DNA of 43,351 bases from a bacterium (GCA_037132395.1 JBAXPC010000002.1:1-43351); one strand, 5' to 3'; positions 17,627-28,057 are shown, numbered from the stretch's first letter. The notes: a model not told the origin generated them from the sequence alone. Numbers and translations: made by a program.

Positions 17627-18900
17627 GTGGTTTATATAAGCAATTATCTCAAATATCACAACGACTGATTGGTATTGGTACTCTTTTAATATTACTCTTG
17701 ATGCCATTCCATGCTTTTATGAGTATCTATCTTGGTTACCTTGGTGCCGACAGGCTAGTTGTTCAATCCTGGAAGGAAGTTCTAATTTTGACCATGGGAT
17801 TTTTATGGCTAATATATCAGGCCACTAAAAAGCGCTTGGCTTTCGATCTCGACACGACCAATATCCTGTTTGGATTGATAGTGCTGTTCTCGTTATTTAT
17901 TACATTTTTTGTTCGACCCAATTCTGAAGCAGTATTATTTGGCATCAAGACTAATCTTGTTGCAATCGCACTCTACTTTATTGCCCAGACCCCACTAGCT
18001 AAGCATTCAATACTTAAATCAAAACTACTCTGGGTTGTAGTAATTCCTGGCGTAATAGTATCAATACTGGCAATTATGCAGAGCTTCTTTATACCGCCAG
18101 ATTTTTTGTCTAATTTCGGCTACAACTCGAGTACCATCAGCCCTAAGCAAATTATTGATGGGTCTATTAGCTTCTTCAGGGCATTCTCTACACTCGGAGG
18201 ACCCAACCAACTCGGGGCATATCTGGTCGTCCCGCTAGTTTTTGTCTTGGTTTACGGAATACGCAATAAACGATGGTGGCTTTTAGTATGCGGGCTGCCA
18301 ATTGTAGCAGGAATAGTACTTAGCTTTTCAAGAAGCGCCTGGATTGGCGCTGTAGTAGGAGTTTTAATAGCAATATTTGTATCAATCGATAAAAAATGGA
18401 GACTATACTTTACAATAGCTTCGGTTATTTTTATAAGTCTAGCTTCTTTGCTAGTTGCAACCCAAATTAATAGCAATACCGCGATAGAAAATGTACTGTT
18501 GCATGGCCGTTATTTTGAAAATAAGATAGAGGGATCCGACAAGGGCAGGCTGGAATCTCTAGCAGCAACTTCTAGTGAGGTTACCAGAACTCCGTTTGGG
18601 CATGGGCTTGGATCGGCCGGACCATCGAGTTTTAAGGCTGACAGCCCTGTCATTCCTGAAAATTGGTATCTGCAGATTGCCTACGAAATTGGCCTGCCTG
18701 GTCTTTTGCTCTATATAGTAGTTTTTGCTAGCCTAATACGAGACCTCATACGTAGCAAATCTGACTTGCTCGCAATGAGCTTGATGGCGGCGACATTTGC
18801 GATATTGGTTATGAACTTATTTTTACAAACATGGGCAGATTCAACACTTGTTCTGATGATGTTTGCCTTATACGGCATATTTAAGGCGAATAGCAAATGA
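17623..18900 (+). CDS. O-antigen ligase / polymerase (Wzy_C-like) family membrane protein
   Basis: About 11-12 TM helices and SFSRSAWIGAVVGVLIA followed by an extracytoplasmic loop. ATGA overlap with mreB. Confidence 0.7.
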   Translation: MSGLYKQLSQISQRLIGIGTLLILLLMPFHAFMSIYLGYLGADRLVVQSWKEVLILTMGFLWLIYQATKKRLAFDLDTTNILFGLIVLFSLFITFFVRPNSEAVLFGIKTNLVAIALYFIAQTPLAKHSILKSKLLWVVVIPGVIVSILAIMQSFFIPPDFLSNFGYNSSTISPKQIIDGSISFFRAFSTLGGPNQLGAYLVVPLVFVLVYGIRNKRWWLLVCGLPIVAGIVLSFSRSAWIGAVVGVLIAIFVSIDKKWRLYFTIASVIFISLASLLVATQINSNTAIENVLLHGRYFENKIEGSDKGRLESLAATSSEVTRTPFGHGLGSAGPSSFKADSPVIPENWYLQIAYEIGLPGLLLYIVVFASLIRDLIRSKSDLLAMSLMAATFAILVMNLFLQTWADSTLVLMMFALYGIFKANSK

Positions 18901-19997
18901 AGATAGCCATAGTACACGATTGGCTCAATCAAAAGGTCGGCGGTGGCGAGAATGTGGTTTTTGAACTGGCCGAACTGTATCCGAAGGCAGATATCTTTAC
19001 TCTAGTTTATAACCCAAAAAAGTTCGATCAGTACCTCTCCAATAGAACAATAATCGAATCAAGACTGAAGTATTTTCCCGGCTTTTTAAAGAAGAGGCCA
19101 AAACTACTTTTGCCATTTATCAAAAATGCTATTGGCAGGTGGTCTTTCGACGAATATGATGTTGTTATAAGTACGTCTTCGGCTTGGGCTAAAAATATAA
19201 AGTTTAACAAACCAACAAGACATATCTGCTATTGCTTCAGCCCAGCGAGGATGCTCTGGGATAGCTGGCCTAGCTACATGACAAACCAAAAGCTAGGGCC
19301 AATCGGTAGGTTCTACATCACCAGACTAGTATCAAAATTGAGGTTATGGGATTACTATCAGGCCCAAAATGGGACACAGTTTATTGCAATCAGTGATTAC
19401 ATCGCAGGACGAATTAAAAAATACTATCATCGCGATAGCACGGTAGTATACCCGCCGGTGGAGCTGGCCAATTTTGTAGGTCTCAAAACCAAAAAGGAAC
19501 CTTACTATCTGGTGCTCTCGGTTTTGGCGAAGTATAAAAATATCGAACTCGCCATTAAGGCTTTTCGTGCCTCGGGCCACCAGCTAGTAGTGGCCGGTGA
19601 CGGCCCCGATGCCCAGCGCCTGCGCGGTATCGCCGCAGGGGCTGACAATATCAGTTTTGTTGGTCGGGTCAGCGATAGTGACAAGGTCAATCTGCTCGCT
19701 GGTGCGAAGGGGTTTATATTTTGTAGCATCGAAGATTTTGGCATTACTATGGTCGAGTCTATTGCTGCTGGTACTGGAGTAATTGCCTTGGCCGGAGGTG
19801 GAGCAAAAGAAATTGTAAAAGACGGTCAGACTGGCGTATTTTACGATTCACCAGACGAAGCGAGCCTCAATAGGGCGATCGTAAAATACGAAGCGACTAT
19901 TTTGAAGGCCGGTAGCTTCAACAATAGCTATGTTTTTGATAAATTCAATAAAGATAAATTTAAAAGAGCAATCAGTGAGGCCGTCAATGAAAGATAA
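18897..19997 (+). CDS. Glycosyltransferase family 4 (GT-B fold)
   Basis: The C-terminal region GFIFCSIEDFGITMVESIAAGTGVIALAGGGAKEIVKDGQTGVF is typical of the GT4 EX7E region. ATGA overlap with the upstream gene. Confidence 0.85.
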   Translation: MKIAIVHDWLNQKVGGGENVVFELAELYPKADIFTLVYNPKKFDQYLSNRTIIESRLKYFPGFLKKRPKLLLPFIKNAIGRWSFDEYDVVISTSSAWAKNIKFNKPTRHICYCFSPARMLWDSWPSYMTNQKLGPIGRFYITRLVSKLRLWDYYQAQNGTQFIAISDYIAGRIKKYYHRDSTVVYPPVELANFVGLKTKKEPYYLVLSVLAKYKNIELAIKAFRASGHQLVVAGDGPDAQRLRGIAAGADNISFVGRVSDSDKVNLLAGAKGFIFCSIEDFGITMVESIAAGTGVIALAGGGAKEIVKDGQTGVFYDSPDEASLNRAIVKYEATILKAGSFNNSYVFDKFNKDKFKRAISEAVNER

Positions 19998-20811
19998 TAA
20001 AGTGTATATTTTGGGTGTCAGAATAGACCTATTGACTATCAAAGAAATTAACTCACGCATAATTGATCAAGCCAAAAAGCCATACCATGCGCCACTTGTT
20101 ATTTTTAAACCTTACGTCGAGTTTTTGTCGTTAGCTTCCCGCAACAACGATATCAAGGATATTATCAATAGCTCTGATATTAATGTTGCTGACTCTACTG
20201 CAGTAGCCTGGTCAGCCAGCTACCTATACGGCCGGCCGGGTATGCGCTGGGGGTTGATATCTCTTTTTAGCAGCTTGGTGTTTAGACTGCAATCAAAGAG
20301 TTGGCTAGCTCAGATAGTGCCAGAGCAAATGGCAGGTGTTGATCAGACCATACCGTTGATGAAACAGGCCAATAAAAACCGACTCAAAGTGGGCATAATT
20401 GGTGGGCCCAAAGATACTGCAACACTCAGCCACGCCGTTACGAGTAGATATGATGATATTCGGCTATCATGTTGGTCTGGCTTTTTCGACAAATCGAACG
20501 AAACAGAAGTTGTCGAACAAATCGCTTCCAAAAAACTAGATATACTTTTTTGTGCAATGGGCTTTCCGAAGCAAGAAAAATTTATCAGTAAGTATAAACG
20601 AGTCCTAGGAGCTAAGGTCATTATTGGCGAAGGCGGCAGCTTTGATTATGACCAGCTTGGAGGCACTATTAAGAGATCTCCAGCTTTACTCAGAAGATTG
20701 CACTTAGAGTGGCTGTGGCGATTAGCATTGCAGCCGAAGCGTTTGCGTCGGCAGTTTGCTATACCAAATTTCATCCAAAAGGTCTACTCTGAGAAAAAAC
20801 GAATAAAATAA
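19987..20811 (+). CDS. WecB/TagA/CpsF family (GT26) glycosyltransferase
   Basis: Motifs ILGVRIDLLT, CAMGFPKQEKFI, GEGGSFDY and LEWLWRLALQPKRLRRQ. ATG 19987 overlaps the upstream stop by 11 nt (the ORF is open from 19930). Confidence 0.85.
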   Translation: MKDNKVYILGVRIDLLTIKEINSRIIDQAKKPYHAPLVIFKPYVEFLSLASRNNDIKDIINSSDINVADSTAVAWSASYLYGRPGMRWGLISLFSSLVFRLQSKSWLAQIVPEQMAGVDQTIPLMKQANKNRLKVGIIGGPKDTATLSHAVTSRYDDIRLSCWSGFFDKSNETEVVEQIASKKLDILFCAMGFPKQEKFISKYKRVLGAKVIIGEGGSFDYDQLGGTIKRSPALLRRLHLEWLWRLALQPKRLRRQFAIPNFIQKVYSEKKRIK

Positions 20812-20839
20812 CTTTACGCTTATGTTCAAATAACCTATA

Positions 20840-22444
20840 ATGGTTATATCTAAAAATATACTTATGATTGAACTTAGTAAATGCCCCCAATGTGCCCCAG
20901 ATGACCAAGTAGTAATAGCTGGGAAAGAGTTTTGTATGCGCTGCGGTACTCCTGCAGAAGACAATAGCTTGATGGAATCTGCGTCAGCAGCAGCAACTTC
21001 GGCTAGCAGCTCGGCTGATAGTCTGCAGTCGCCAGCAGTTGCAAAATTCAACACAGCGCCGCCTGCGATTATACCAATCCAACCCATGGGTACAGATTTA
21101 ACACCAGCTCCAGCAACACCAGCTCCAGCAATACCAGCTCCAGTAACACCAGCTCCAGTAGCTCCAGCTCCAGCAACACCAGCTCCAGCAATACCAGCTC
21201 CAGTAACACCAGCTCCAGTAGCTCCAGCTCCAGCAACACCAGCTCCAGCAACACCAGCTCCAGCAACACCAGCTCCAGTTCTAGAATCAACTGGCAGTTC
21301 TGTTGCCGAGCTCGATAAAACTATTTCAGAGCTTAGTGCAACTCCTACCATAGCAACTATTAATCCTGAATTACCCCAGGACGCACAATCAACCCTGCCC
21401 AATACTGCCGTAACTCTCGACCCGATCAATACAGCAGTACCACCAGGCGTCGTTACTCCAGAGGCTCCTGTAATGCCCGCAGCTCAAGTTTCTCAACCCC
21501 TGCCTCCAGCAACCGACGCCCCATCTACAGCGATGCAAAATCCTACAAACCAGCAGCTCAATGCCTCAGACATATACCTGTCAGTAGATGCTCAAGTACC
21601 AGCTCCGCTGCTTGCTACGCAGCCGCTAGCTACACCCCCGCTACCTGCCACCAATTTGCCAGCCAGCACTTTACCGCAAGAGCCAATGCAACTGAGCGAG
21701 CAAAGTGGAGTATTGAGCGATGCCCAGTTCGATGAACTACAAAACTCACTGGCACCAGCCCCGCCACCAGTAGATAGCTTAGCAGCTGTCAGCAGCCCTG
21801 CCCCAGTAGCACCGCCTGAGCCTACTGAGGCGATCAGTCCGCAGCCAGTTGCCGCCCCACAACAGTCTAACGATATTTATTCAAGTCCTATAGCGCCTAG
21901 TAATTTAGCCGTCAATTCTGCTGCAATCGAGCAGGTATCAGCTGGTCTACCAGATGCTTCAAATAAGACCTCATCTATCAAGAAAGTACTCAAGCCAGCC
22001 AGCGTTGCAGTTAGTATCGTGACGTTATTTATGGTTGGTGCGTACATATGGAAAGTTAACTATCCAAACCTAGCTTTCAAAATAGCTAGTGCTAAAGCCG
22101 GGATCGTAGCAACAGTGCCGGGGTATATGCCGAGTGGCTTTGACTTGGGTGGTGAAATACAAACCAACCCCGGATCTATCAGCTACAGCCTACAAAGTAG
22201 CCATTCTGGTAAAAAGATCCTAATATCGCAGTCTAAAACCGACTGGGATAGTCAGGCTCTTGCCGAAAATTACGTGGCTCCCAAAGCAGAGAATTACCTA
22301 GCCCTACAGGCTCAAGGATTAACGGTATACATACTGGGTAAAAACCAAGCTACATGGGTTAATCACGGAACGTGGTACAAAATCGAAAGTTCTGACTCGT
22401 CTCTCGACCAAGACCAGATCATCAGAATGGCTACTAGCCTGTGA
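20840..22444 (+). CDS. Zinc-ribbon / Pro-rich repeat / single-TM protein with an extracytoplasmic C-terminal domain (anti-sigma-factor-like architecture)
   Basis: Has CPQC...CMRCG near the N-terminus, long PAPxT repeats, a TM (VAVSIVTLFMVGAYIW) and a roughly 130-aa C-terminal globular domain. The start could be 20840 or ATG 20864. Confidence 0.6.
   Translation: MVISKNILMIELSKCPQCAPDDQVVIAGKEFCMRCGTPAEDNSLMESASAAATSASSSADSLQSPAVAKFNTAPPAIIPIQPMGTDLTPAPATPAPAIPAPVTPAPVAPAPATPAPAIPAPVTPAPVAPAPATPAPATPAPATPAPVLESTGSSVAELDKTISELSATPTIATINPELPQDAQSTLPNTAVTLDPINTAVPPGVVTPEAPVMPAAQVSQPLPPATDAPSTAMQNPTNQQLNASDIYLSVDAQVPAPLLATQPLATPPLPATNLPASTLPQEPMQLSEQSGVLSDAQFDELQNSLAPAPPPVDSLAAVSSPAPVAPPEPTEAISPQPVAAPQQSNDIYSSPIAPSNLAVNSAAIEQVSAGLPDASNKTSSIKKVLKPASVAVSIVTLFMVGAYIWKVNYPNLAFKIASAKAGIVATVPGYMPSGFDLGGEIQTNPGSISYSLQSSHSGKKILISQSKTDWDSQALAENYVAPKAENYLALQAQGLTVYILGKNQATWVNHGTWYKIESSDSSLDQDQIIRMATSL
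21101..21280. repeat. Tandem 15-bp repeat (12 units, ACACCAGCTCCAGCA-like) including a perfect 60-bp duplication
   Basis: 21121-21180 and 21181-21240 are identical. The repeat is in frame and encodes (T/I/A)PAP(A/V). Confidence 0.95.
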
Positions 22445-22782
22445 GCGACAAAGCCTGGGAAGATCTAATAGACCTCATAGATAGCAAATACACTCTAGAC
22501 ACAACTGAAAAAAGGCAAGAACCCCTCGAAGACAATCGTAAGCTGAGCGAAAATATAGAATCTATAGGTTTCGAAAAAGACAATATCAAGTTTAAGATCG
22601 AACGCATTACAGGGCCACGAATAATTGACAAAAAGACATTCTATTCTGGCCAGGGAAGCTCTAATAGAGTCCAATATATCTACGATCCAGAGGAGACCTC
22701 GTCAAAAGTAGTTTGTTATAAGCAGTTGCCTGATGGGCACTATAACGAGATATCACCTGAAGATCTAATGATGTCATCTTAA
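22441..22782 (+). CDS. Hypothetical protein, 113 aa
   Basis: The GTG start overlaps the upstream TGA (GTGA coupling). No recognisable motifs. Confidence 0.55.
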   Translation: MSDKAWEDLIDLIDSKYTLDTTEKRQEPLEDNRKLSENIESIGFEKDNIKFKIERITGPRIIDKKTFYSGQGSSNRVQYIYDPEETSSKVVCYKQLPDGHYNEISPEDLMMSS

Positions 22783-22801
22783 TTCTGGTATAATATGGGC
22801 T

Positions 22802-24223
22802 ATGAACAAAGCTATTAGAGTACGATTTGCCCCAAGTCCGACAGGTTTCTTGCACGTAGGTGGGGTTCGAACTGCCTTATTTAATTATCTTTTCGCTAAG
22901 GCTAGTGGCGGCAAATTCATATTGCGCCTTGAGGATACCGATAGGGAGCGATTTGTAGAAGAAGGAGTCGATCAGATTATCAGCTCGCTCGATTGGCTAG
23001 GCCTGCACCCAGACGAAGGTGTTTGGTTTGAGGAGCTGGCAGGCGAGCACGGCCCCTACGTGCAGTCCAAGAGGCTAAATCATTATCGCCAGTATGCTAA
23101 CGATATGATCAAATCTGGCCAGGCCTACTACTCCAGGACTTCACCTGAGCAATTAGAGGCTTTAAAAAATGAAGCAATGCTAGCTAAGCAGCCTTTTGTT
23201 TATAACCACTCAATGGAGCCAGCATCCGACAACGATACCGATACCGAAGGGCTACCTATCAGGCTCAAAGTGCCTACCGGAATCACCAAATGGACAGACG
23301 AGGTAAGGGGAAGTTTCGATACCAAAAATGAGCTTATCGATGACTTTATTATTATTAAGGCCGATGGCTACCCAACGTACAATTTCGCTAACGTCATTGA
23401 TGATTATCTTATGAAAATATCCCATGTTATTCGTGGCGACGAGTTTATCAGTAGTACAGCTAAGCATGCCTTGCTTTACGATATGTTGGGCTTTGGCAGA
23501 CCTGCGTGGGTACATTTGCCGCCAATTCTCGGCCCTGACGGAACCAAAAAACTCAGCAAGCGCGATGGCGATGTCAACGTGCTCGATTATAAAGCCAAGG
23601 GCTACCTGCCAGAGGCACTGCTCAACTTTTTATCACAACTGGGCTGGAACGACGGCACTACTCAGGAGATTTTTAGCCCCGAGGAGCTGATAGCTAAGTT
23701 TAGAGTTGACCGTATCCAGAAAAGTCCAGCCGTTTTTGATGCCCAGAGATTAGATTGGATGAATGGCGAATACCTCCGCAATAAGCTCTCTGAGGATGAG
23801 TTTATAGAGCATGTTAAGCCATATCTCCCAGAAACCTGGCTAGAGGATCAGAATTATTTCAAGACCGTTCTGAGGCTCGACCGTGACCGCATAAAAAGGC
23901 TTGATGAAGCAAAATACATTATGGAAATATTTTTTGAGACTCCAGACGTCGACAAGCAGTTACTTTATAAAAAAGACGATACAAGTGCTGTGACTGCCTG
24001 GATAAACAACACAATCACATCCCTCGAGGGCAATCAGTTTACTCACGATAGTATCGAAAAAACCCTTCGCGAGCTAGCTGGAGAGATGAACGTTGGAGCT
24101 GGCCAGTATTTTTACGTTCTGCGGGTAGCACTGACCGGCCGTACAGAAGCACCTGGACTATTTGATATATTTGCTACTCTAGGCCATGATGAGTCGCTAA
24201 AAAGACTCAAAGCTACAATATAG
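22802..24223 (+). CDS. gltX: Glutamate--tRNA ligase
   Basis: RFAPSPTGFLHVGG (HIGH) and KLSKR (KMSKS) motifs. TGGTATAAT lies 7 nt before the ATG. Confidence 0.94.
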   Translation: MNKAIRVRFAPSPTGFLHVGGVRTALFNYLFAKASGGKFILRLEDTDRERFVEEGVDQIISSLDWLGLHPDEGVWFEELAGEHGPYVQSKRLNHYRQYANDMIKSGQAYYSRTSPEQLEALKNEAMLAKQPFVYNHSMEPASDNDTDTEGLPIRLKVPTGITKWTDEVRGSFDTKNELIDDFIIIKADGYPTYNFANVIDDYLMKISHVIRGDEFISSTAKHALLYDMLGFGRPAWVHLPPILGPDGTKKLSKRDGDVNVLDYKAKGYLPEALLNFLSQLGWNDGTTQEIFSPEELIAKFRVDRIQKSPAVFDAQRLDWMNGEYLRNKLSEDEFIEHVKPYLPETWLEDQNYFKTVLRLDRDRIKRLDEAKYIMEIFFETPDVDKQLLYKKDDTSAVTAWINNTITSLEGNQFTHDSIEKTLRELAGEMNVGAGQYFYVLRVALTGRTEAPGLFDIFATLGHDESLKRLKATI

Positions 24224-24225
24224 GT

Positions 24226-25260
24226 TTATTCCCAATCTAGGGTTCCGCCAGTTTGATACTCTGTCACTCTAGTTTCAAAAAAGTTTTTTTCCTTTGATAG
24301 GTCAGCAGCCTCGCTCATCCATGGAAAAGGATTTTTGGTGTGGTACTGCTTTGGTAGCGCAACAGCAGACAGACGCCTATCGGCGACATGTTCGATGTAT
24401 TGCTTAAAGCCATCAGCATTCATTCCGAATATTCCGTTTGGAAAAACATTCTGGGCGTATTTATACTCAAGCTCGGTGGCTTGCTTTACCAAATCAACCA
24501 TTCTGTTCTGAAAATCTTCAGTCCATAGTTCTGGCTGTTCTTCTCTGATGGCGTTTATCATATTGATGCCAAAGTTTAGGTGCTGCGATTCGTCACGCAT
24601 GATGTATTGGATCTGCTCGGCACTACCTACAAGCTTATTCTGGCGCTGAAAGCCAAAAATCACTGCAAAGCTAGAGTAAAAAAAGATGCCTTCTAGGATT
24701 AGCGAAAATACACATAGGTTTTCTAAAAACTTTTGGTCGTTCTCGAATGTTCCGGTACGGAAGCTGTCATCAAAAATGCCCTCATTAAAAGTTAGGATAA
24801 ACTTTGCCTTACTGAAGTGTGATGACTTTTCGCGGTACATATTAAATATCTTTCCGCCATCAAGGCCTAGGCTCTCTACGATGTATTGGTAGGCGTGTGT
24901 ATGAATCGCCTCTTCATAGGACTGACGAAGCAGGTACATTCGGCACTCCGGGCTGGTGACATGCTTGTATAGAGCTAGCACTAGGTTATTGGCTGCAATA
25001 GAGTCGGCTGTAGTAAAAAACCCCAAAGCAGTTTCAAATGCTTGGCGCTCGTCGGCAGTCAACTGGTCTGATTTCCAAAGTTCGATATCGTCTTGCATTG
25101 CAATCTCGGTAGGGAGCCAGTGGTTAGCATTGCCGGCCAAATAGGCATCCCAGGCAAAATTATGCTTCATTGGGTGTAATTGTATGACATCGGCATCCTC
25201 GCCGTTAATGATTCGTCGCTTATTGATATCGGGCCTAGTTTCGGACATTTTGAGTGACAT
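24226..25260 (-). CDS. nrdB: Class Ia ribonucleotide reductase beta subunit
   Basis: Di-iron ExxH motifs (EEAIHTHAY, RDESQHLNF) and the radical Tyr region FFYSSFA. AGGAG Shine-Dalgarno lies upstream. Confidence 0.94.
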   Translation of the reverse strand: MSLKMSETRPDINKRRIINGEDADVIQLHPMKHNFAWDAYLAGNANHWLPTEIAMQDDIELWKSDQLTADERQAFETALGFFTTADSIAANNLVLALYKHVTSPECRMYLLRQSYEEAIHTHAYQYIVESLGLDGGKIFNMYREKSSHFSKAKFILTFNEGIFDDSFRTGTFENDQKFLENLCVFSLILEGIFFYSSFAVIFGFQRQNKLVGSAEQIQYIMRDESQHLNFGINMINAIREEQPELWTEDFQNRMVDLVKQATELEYKYAQNVFPNGIFGMNADGFKQYIEHVADRRLSAVALPKQYHTKNPFPWMSEAADLSKEKNFFETRVTEYQTGGTLDWE

Positions 25261-25333
25261 TATAATACTCCTTTTATTTTAGTTATTTTCTGAATGTTAC
25301 TGGCCACATACAAGCTTGCTCTTGGCATCGTTA

Positions 25334-28057
25334 CTAGCCTTCAACCTTCACTTCGCTGGCATTGGCATTAGACACTTCGCGTTTATGAGTTGATCCGAAT
25401 TCGGCAGTATCGACGGTCGACTTTTCGACCTGAGAAATAGCCAGGCTGCGCAGATAGTAAGTTGTCTTTAGGCCCTGGTTCCATGCCGCCATATAGATAT
25501 CGCTAAGCTGCTTACCACTAACTCCTTGCACAAATATATTAAAGCTCTGGCTCTGGTCAATCCATTTGCCGCGATGGGCGGTGATCTTGACTAGGTTCAT
25601 TGAATTGATCTCAAATACTTCTTTGTATTTAGCTCGGAGCTTTTCTGGTATTTCTGTAATCTTTTGAATCGACCCGTCGTGAAACTTGATCTTTTTGACC
25701 ATCGTCTCGTTCCACATGTTAAGAGCCTTTAGATCCTCGATCAGGTAAGAATTGATAACAGTAAAGTCTCCGCTCATGTTTGATTTGACATAGAGGTTTT
25801 TGTAGATTGGCTCGATGCATGGGTAGCAGCCGGCAATATTTGCAATAGATGCAGTGGGTGCAATCGCCATTGTGTTCGAATTGCGCATGCCATTCTTCTT
25901 AACGTGCGATTTAACGTAGCGCCAATCAAGCTTGCCACCTCTTTTGACATCAATCTTGCGGCCGCGTTCTTTTTCGAGCAAATCAATTGTGTCGGCAGGG
26001 AATATACCTCTATCCCACTTTGAACCCTTGAAGCTCTTGTACGCTCCGCGCTCCTTGGCGAGCTTGCTTGAGCCTAGGATTGCATGGTAGCTAATTAACT
26101 CCATCGATTCGTCAGCAAACTCTGTGGCTTTTGGAGAATCAAAGTTGATGTCGAGCATATAAAGTGCATCCTGGAAGCCCATAATACCCAGTCCGACAGG
26201 CCGGTGCTTAAGGTTAGAGGTTTCGCACTCTTTGGTGGTGTAGTAACAAATGTCGACGACGTTATCGAGCATTCGCATGGCTTTTTCGGTAGTGTCCTCG
26301 ATGAGGTCCTTGTCGAGCTTGCCGTTTTTGATGTGCTTTGCCATATTGATTGAGCCTAGGTTGCAAACTGCAGTTTCATCGGCCGAGTTATTAAGGGTAA
26401 TCTCGGTACAAAGGTTTGAGTTGTGGATAACTCCGGCGTGGTCTTGCGGACTACGAACATTGCAAGCATCCTTAAAGGTTATCCATGGGTGGCCGGTTTC
26501 AAATAGCATCGTCAACATTTTGCGCCAGAGTTGGACTGCTGGTATACGCTTGAATAGTTTTATTTTGCCTTGGTCGGCCATTTGCTCGTATTCTTCGTAG
26601 CGTTTCTTAAAGGCCTTGCCGTAGAGGTGATGCAAATCTGGGGTCTCGTCAGAACTAAATAGTGTCCAGTCTTGATTGTCGGTAACACGCTCCATGAATA
26701 GATCGGGCACCCAATTGGCTGTGTTCATATCGTGGGTTCGGCGACGTTCATCTCCTGTATTTTTGCGTAGCTCCAAGAAATCTTCGATGTCTAGGTGCCA
26801 AGTTTCGAGGTAGGCGCAGGTAGCACCTTTGCGCTTGCCAGATCGACTAATCGCCACTGTGGTATCGTTCATAATTTTAAGAAAAGGCACAACTCCCTGG
26901 GAAGGTATATTGATGGCCTTAATCAGAGAGCCAGTACCTCGGATGTTGGTCCAGTCAGTTGCGATGCCGCCCGAGTATTTGCTCATTAGGGCGTTGTCTA
27001 GATAGACCTTAAAGATGTGCTTTAGGTCGTCCTCGACAGTATTTAAAAAACATGAGCTAAGCTGGGGCTTGGCAGTGCCAGAGTGAAACAGGGTAGGGGT
27101 AGAAGGCACATAGCGCAGTGTCGAGAGCACATCATAAAAATCCATGGCCCATTTGTCTTGGTCTTTTTTCTCAGCAATCGCCAAGCCCATGGCGATACGC
27201 ATCCAGAATATTTGTGGGACTTCGAGTCGGTGTCCGCGGCCTTGGGATTGCACAAAGTAGCGGTCGTGGAGCATATCGAGACCCATAAAATCAATTAGTT
27301 GGTCACGCTCTGGCTTGATGTGCTCAGAAAGTAGCTTTAGGTTAAAGCCGCTCAAGCGCTTGTCGAGGCGACCGTCTTTTATGGTGTCAGTAATGAAGCT
27401 TATAAAGGTCTCTTTGTAGGTTTCGCCTAGATCAACTTTGTTGGTTTTACCCAAGACTTCTTTATAGACCTTACGAAGAAGTAGTCTTGAGGCAAGCTTA
27501 GAATAGAGCGGGTCGCGCTCAATTTGAGCCTTGGCACCCATTATCATGCTGTCTTCAAGCTCATCAAAAGTAATGCCATCGTACAAGCTAGCCTTAACAG
27601 CCTGAGCGATATCATCGAGGTCAATCACGTCGGCGATATCATCTGCAGCTTCTAATAATTCCTTGACGAGCTTAGCGTAGCTAAAGTTTTCGAGGCTGCC
27701 GTCGGGCATTGTCACTTTTAGGTTGCTTTGCTCGAGCTTTTCGGCCGAGCGGGCCGATTCGGCGGCGCGGATTGCTTTGTGGGTCTCGCGGTATAGTATA
27801 AAACTACGGACCGTTTTGTAGTGACCCGAGCGCATTAGCTCTTGTTCAATAAGATCTTGCAAAGCCTCGACATCTGGGGCACCCTCTTGAAATAACGCCT
27901 CAGCCTGAACAATAACTTCGGTTACAACGGCTGCTATGTCCGCAGGCGTTGCTTCTGTGCCAACCGACTCGCTAGCTTTACCAATGGCAATCTCAATACG
28001 AGACCTATCAAAATCAACCATTTGACCGTTACGTTTTCTAATCTGAACAAAACCCAT
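25334..28057 (-). CDS. nrdA: Class Ia ribonucleotide reductase alpha subunit with an N-terminal ATP-cone
   Basis: ATP-cone VQIRKRNGQMVDFDRSRIEIAI and active-site SNLCTEI. AAGGAGGG lies 5 nt before ATG 28057 (the ORF is open to 28147). Confidence 0.94.
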   Translation of the reverse strand: MGFVQIRKRNGQMVDFDRSRIEIAIGKASESVGTEATPADIAAVVTEVIVQAEALFQEGAPDVEALQDLIEQELMRSGHYKTVRSFILYRETHKAIRAAESARSAEKLEQSNLKVTMPDGSLENFSYAKLVKELLEAADDIADVIDLDDIAQAVKASLYDGITFDELEDSMIMGAKAQIERDPLYSKLASRLLLRKVYKEVLGKTNKVDLGETYKETFISFITDTIKDGRLDKRLSGFNLKLLSEHIKPERDQLIDFMGLDMLHDRYFVQSQGRGHRLEVPQIFWMRIAMGLAIAEKKDQDKWAMDFYDVLSTLRYVPSTPTLFHSGTAKPQLSSCFLNTVEDDLKHIFKVYLDNALMSKYSGGIATDWTNIRGTGSLIKAINIPSQGVVPFLKIMNDTTVAISRSGKRKGATCAYLETWHLDIEDFLELRKNTGDERRRTHDMNTANWVPDLFMERVTDNQDWTLFSSDETPDLHHLYGKAFKKRYEEYEQMADQGKIKLFKRIPAVQLWRKMLTMLFETGHPWITFKDACNVRSPQDHAGVIHNSNLCTEITLNNSADETAVCNLGSINMAKHIKNGKLDKDLIEDTTEKAMRMLDNVVDICYYTTKECETSNLKHRPVGLGIMGFQDALYMLDINFDSPKATEFADESMELISYHAILGSSKLAKERGAYKSFKGSKWDRGIFPADTIDLLEKERGRKIDVKRGGKLDWRYVKSHVKKNGMRNSNTMAIAPTASIANIAGCYPCIEPIYKNLYVKSNMSGDFTVINSYLIEDLKALNMWNETMVKKIKFHDGSIQKITEIPEKLRAKYKEVFEINSMNLVKITAHRGKWIDQSQSFNIFVQGVSGKQLSDIYMAAWNQGLKTTYYLRSLAISQVEKSTVDTAEFGSTHKREVSNANASEVKVEG

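Noticed and set aside
20722-21429. 235-aa and 73-aa minus-strand ORFs with GAGV or LELV repeats
   Set aside because: They are antisense read-through of the 15-bp tandem repeat in the plus-strand zinc-ribbon/Pro-rich gene. They are repeat artefacts.
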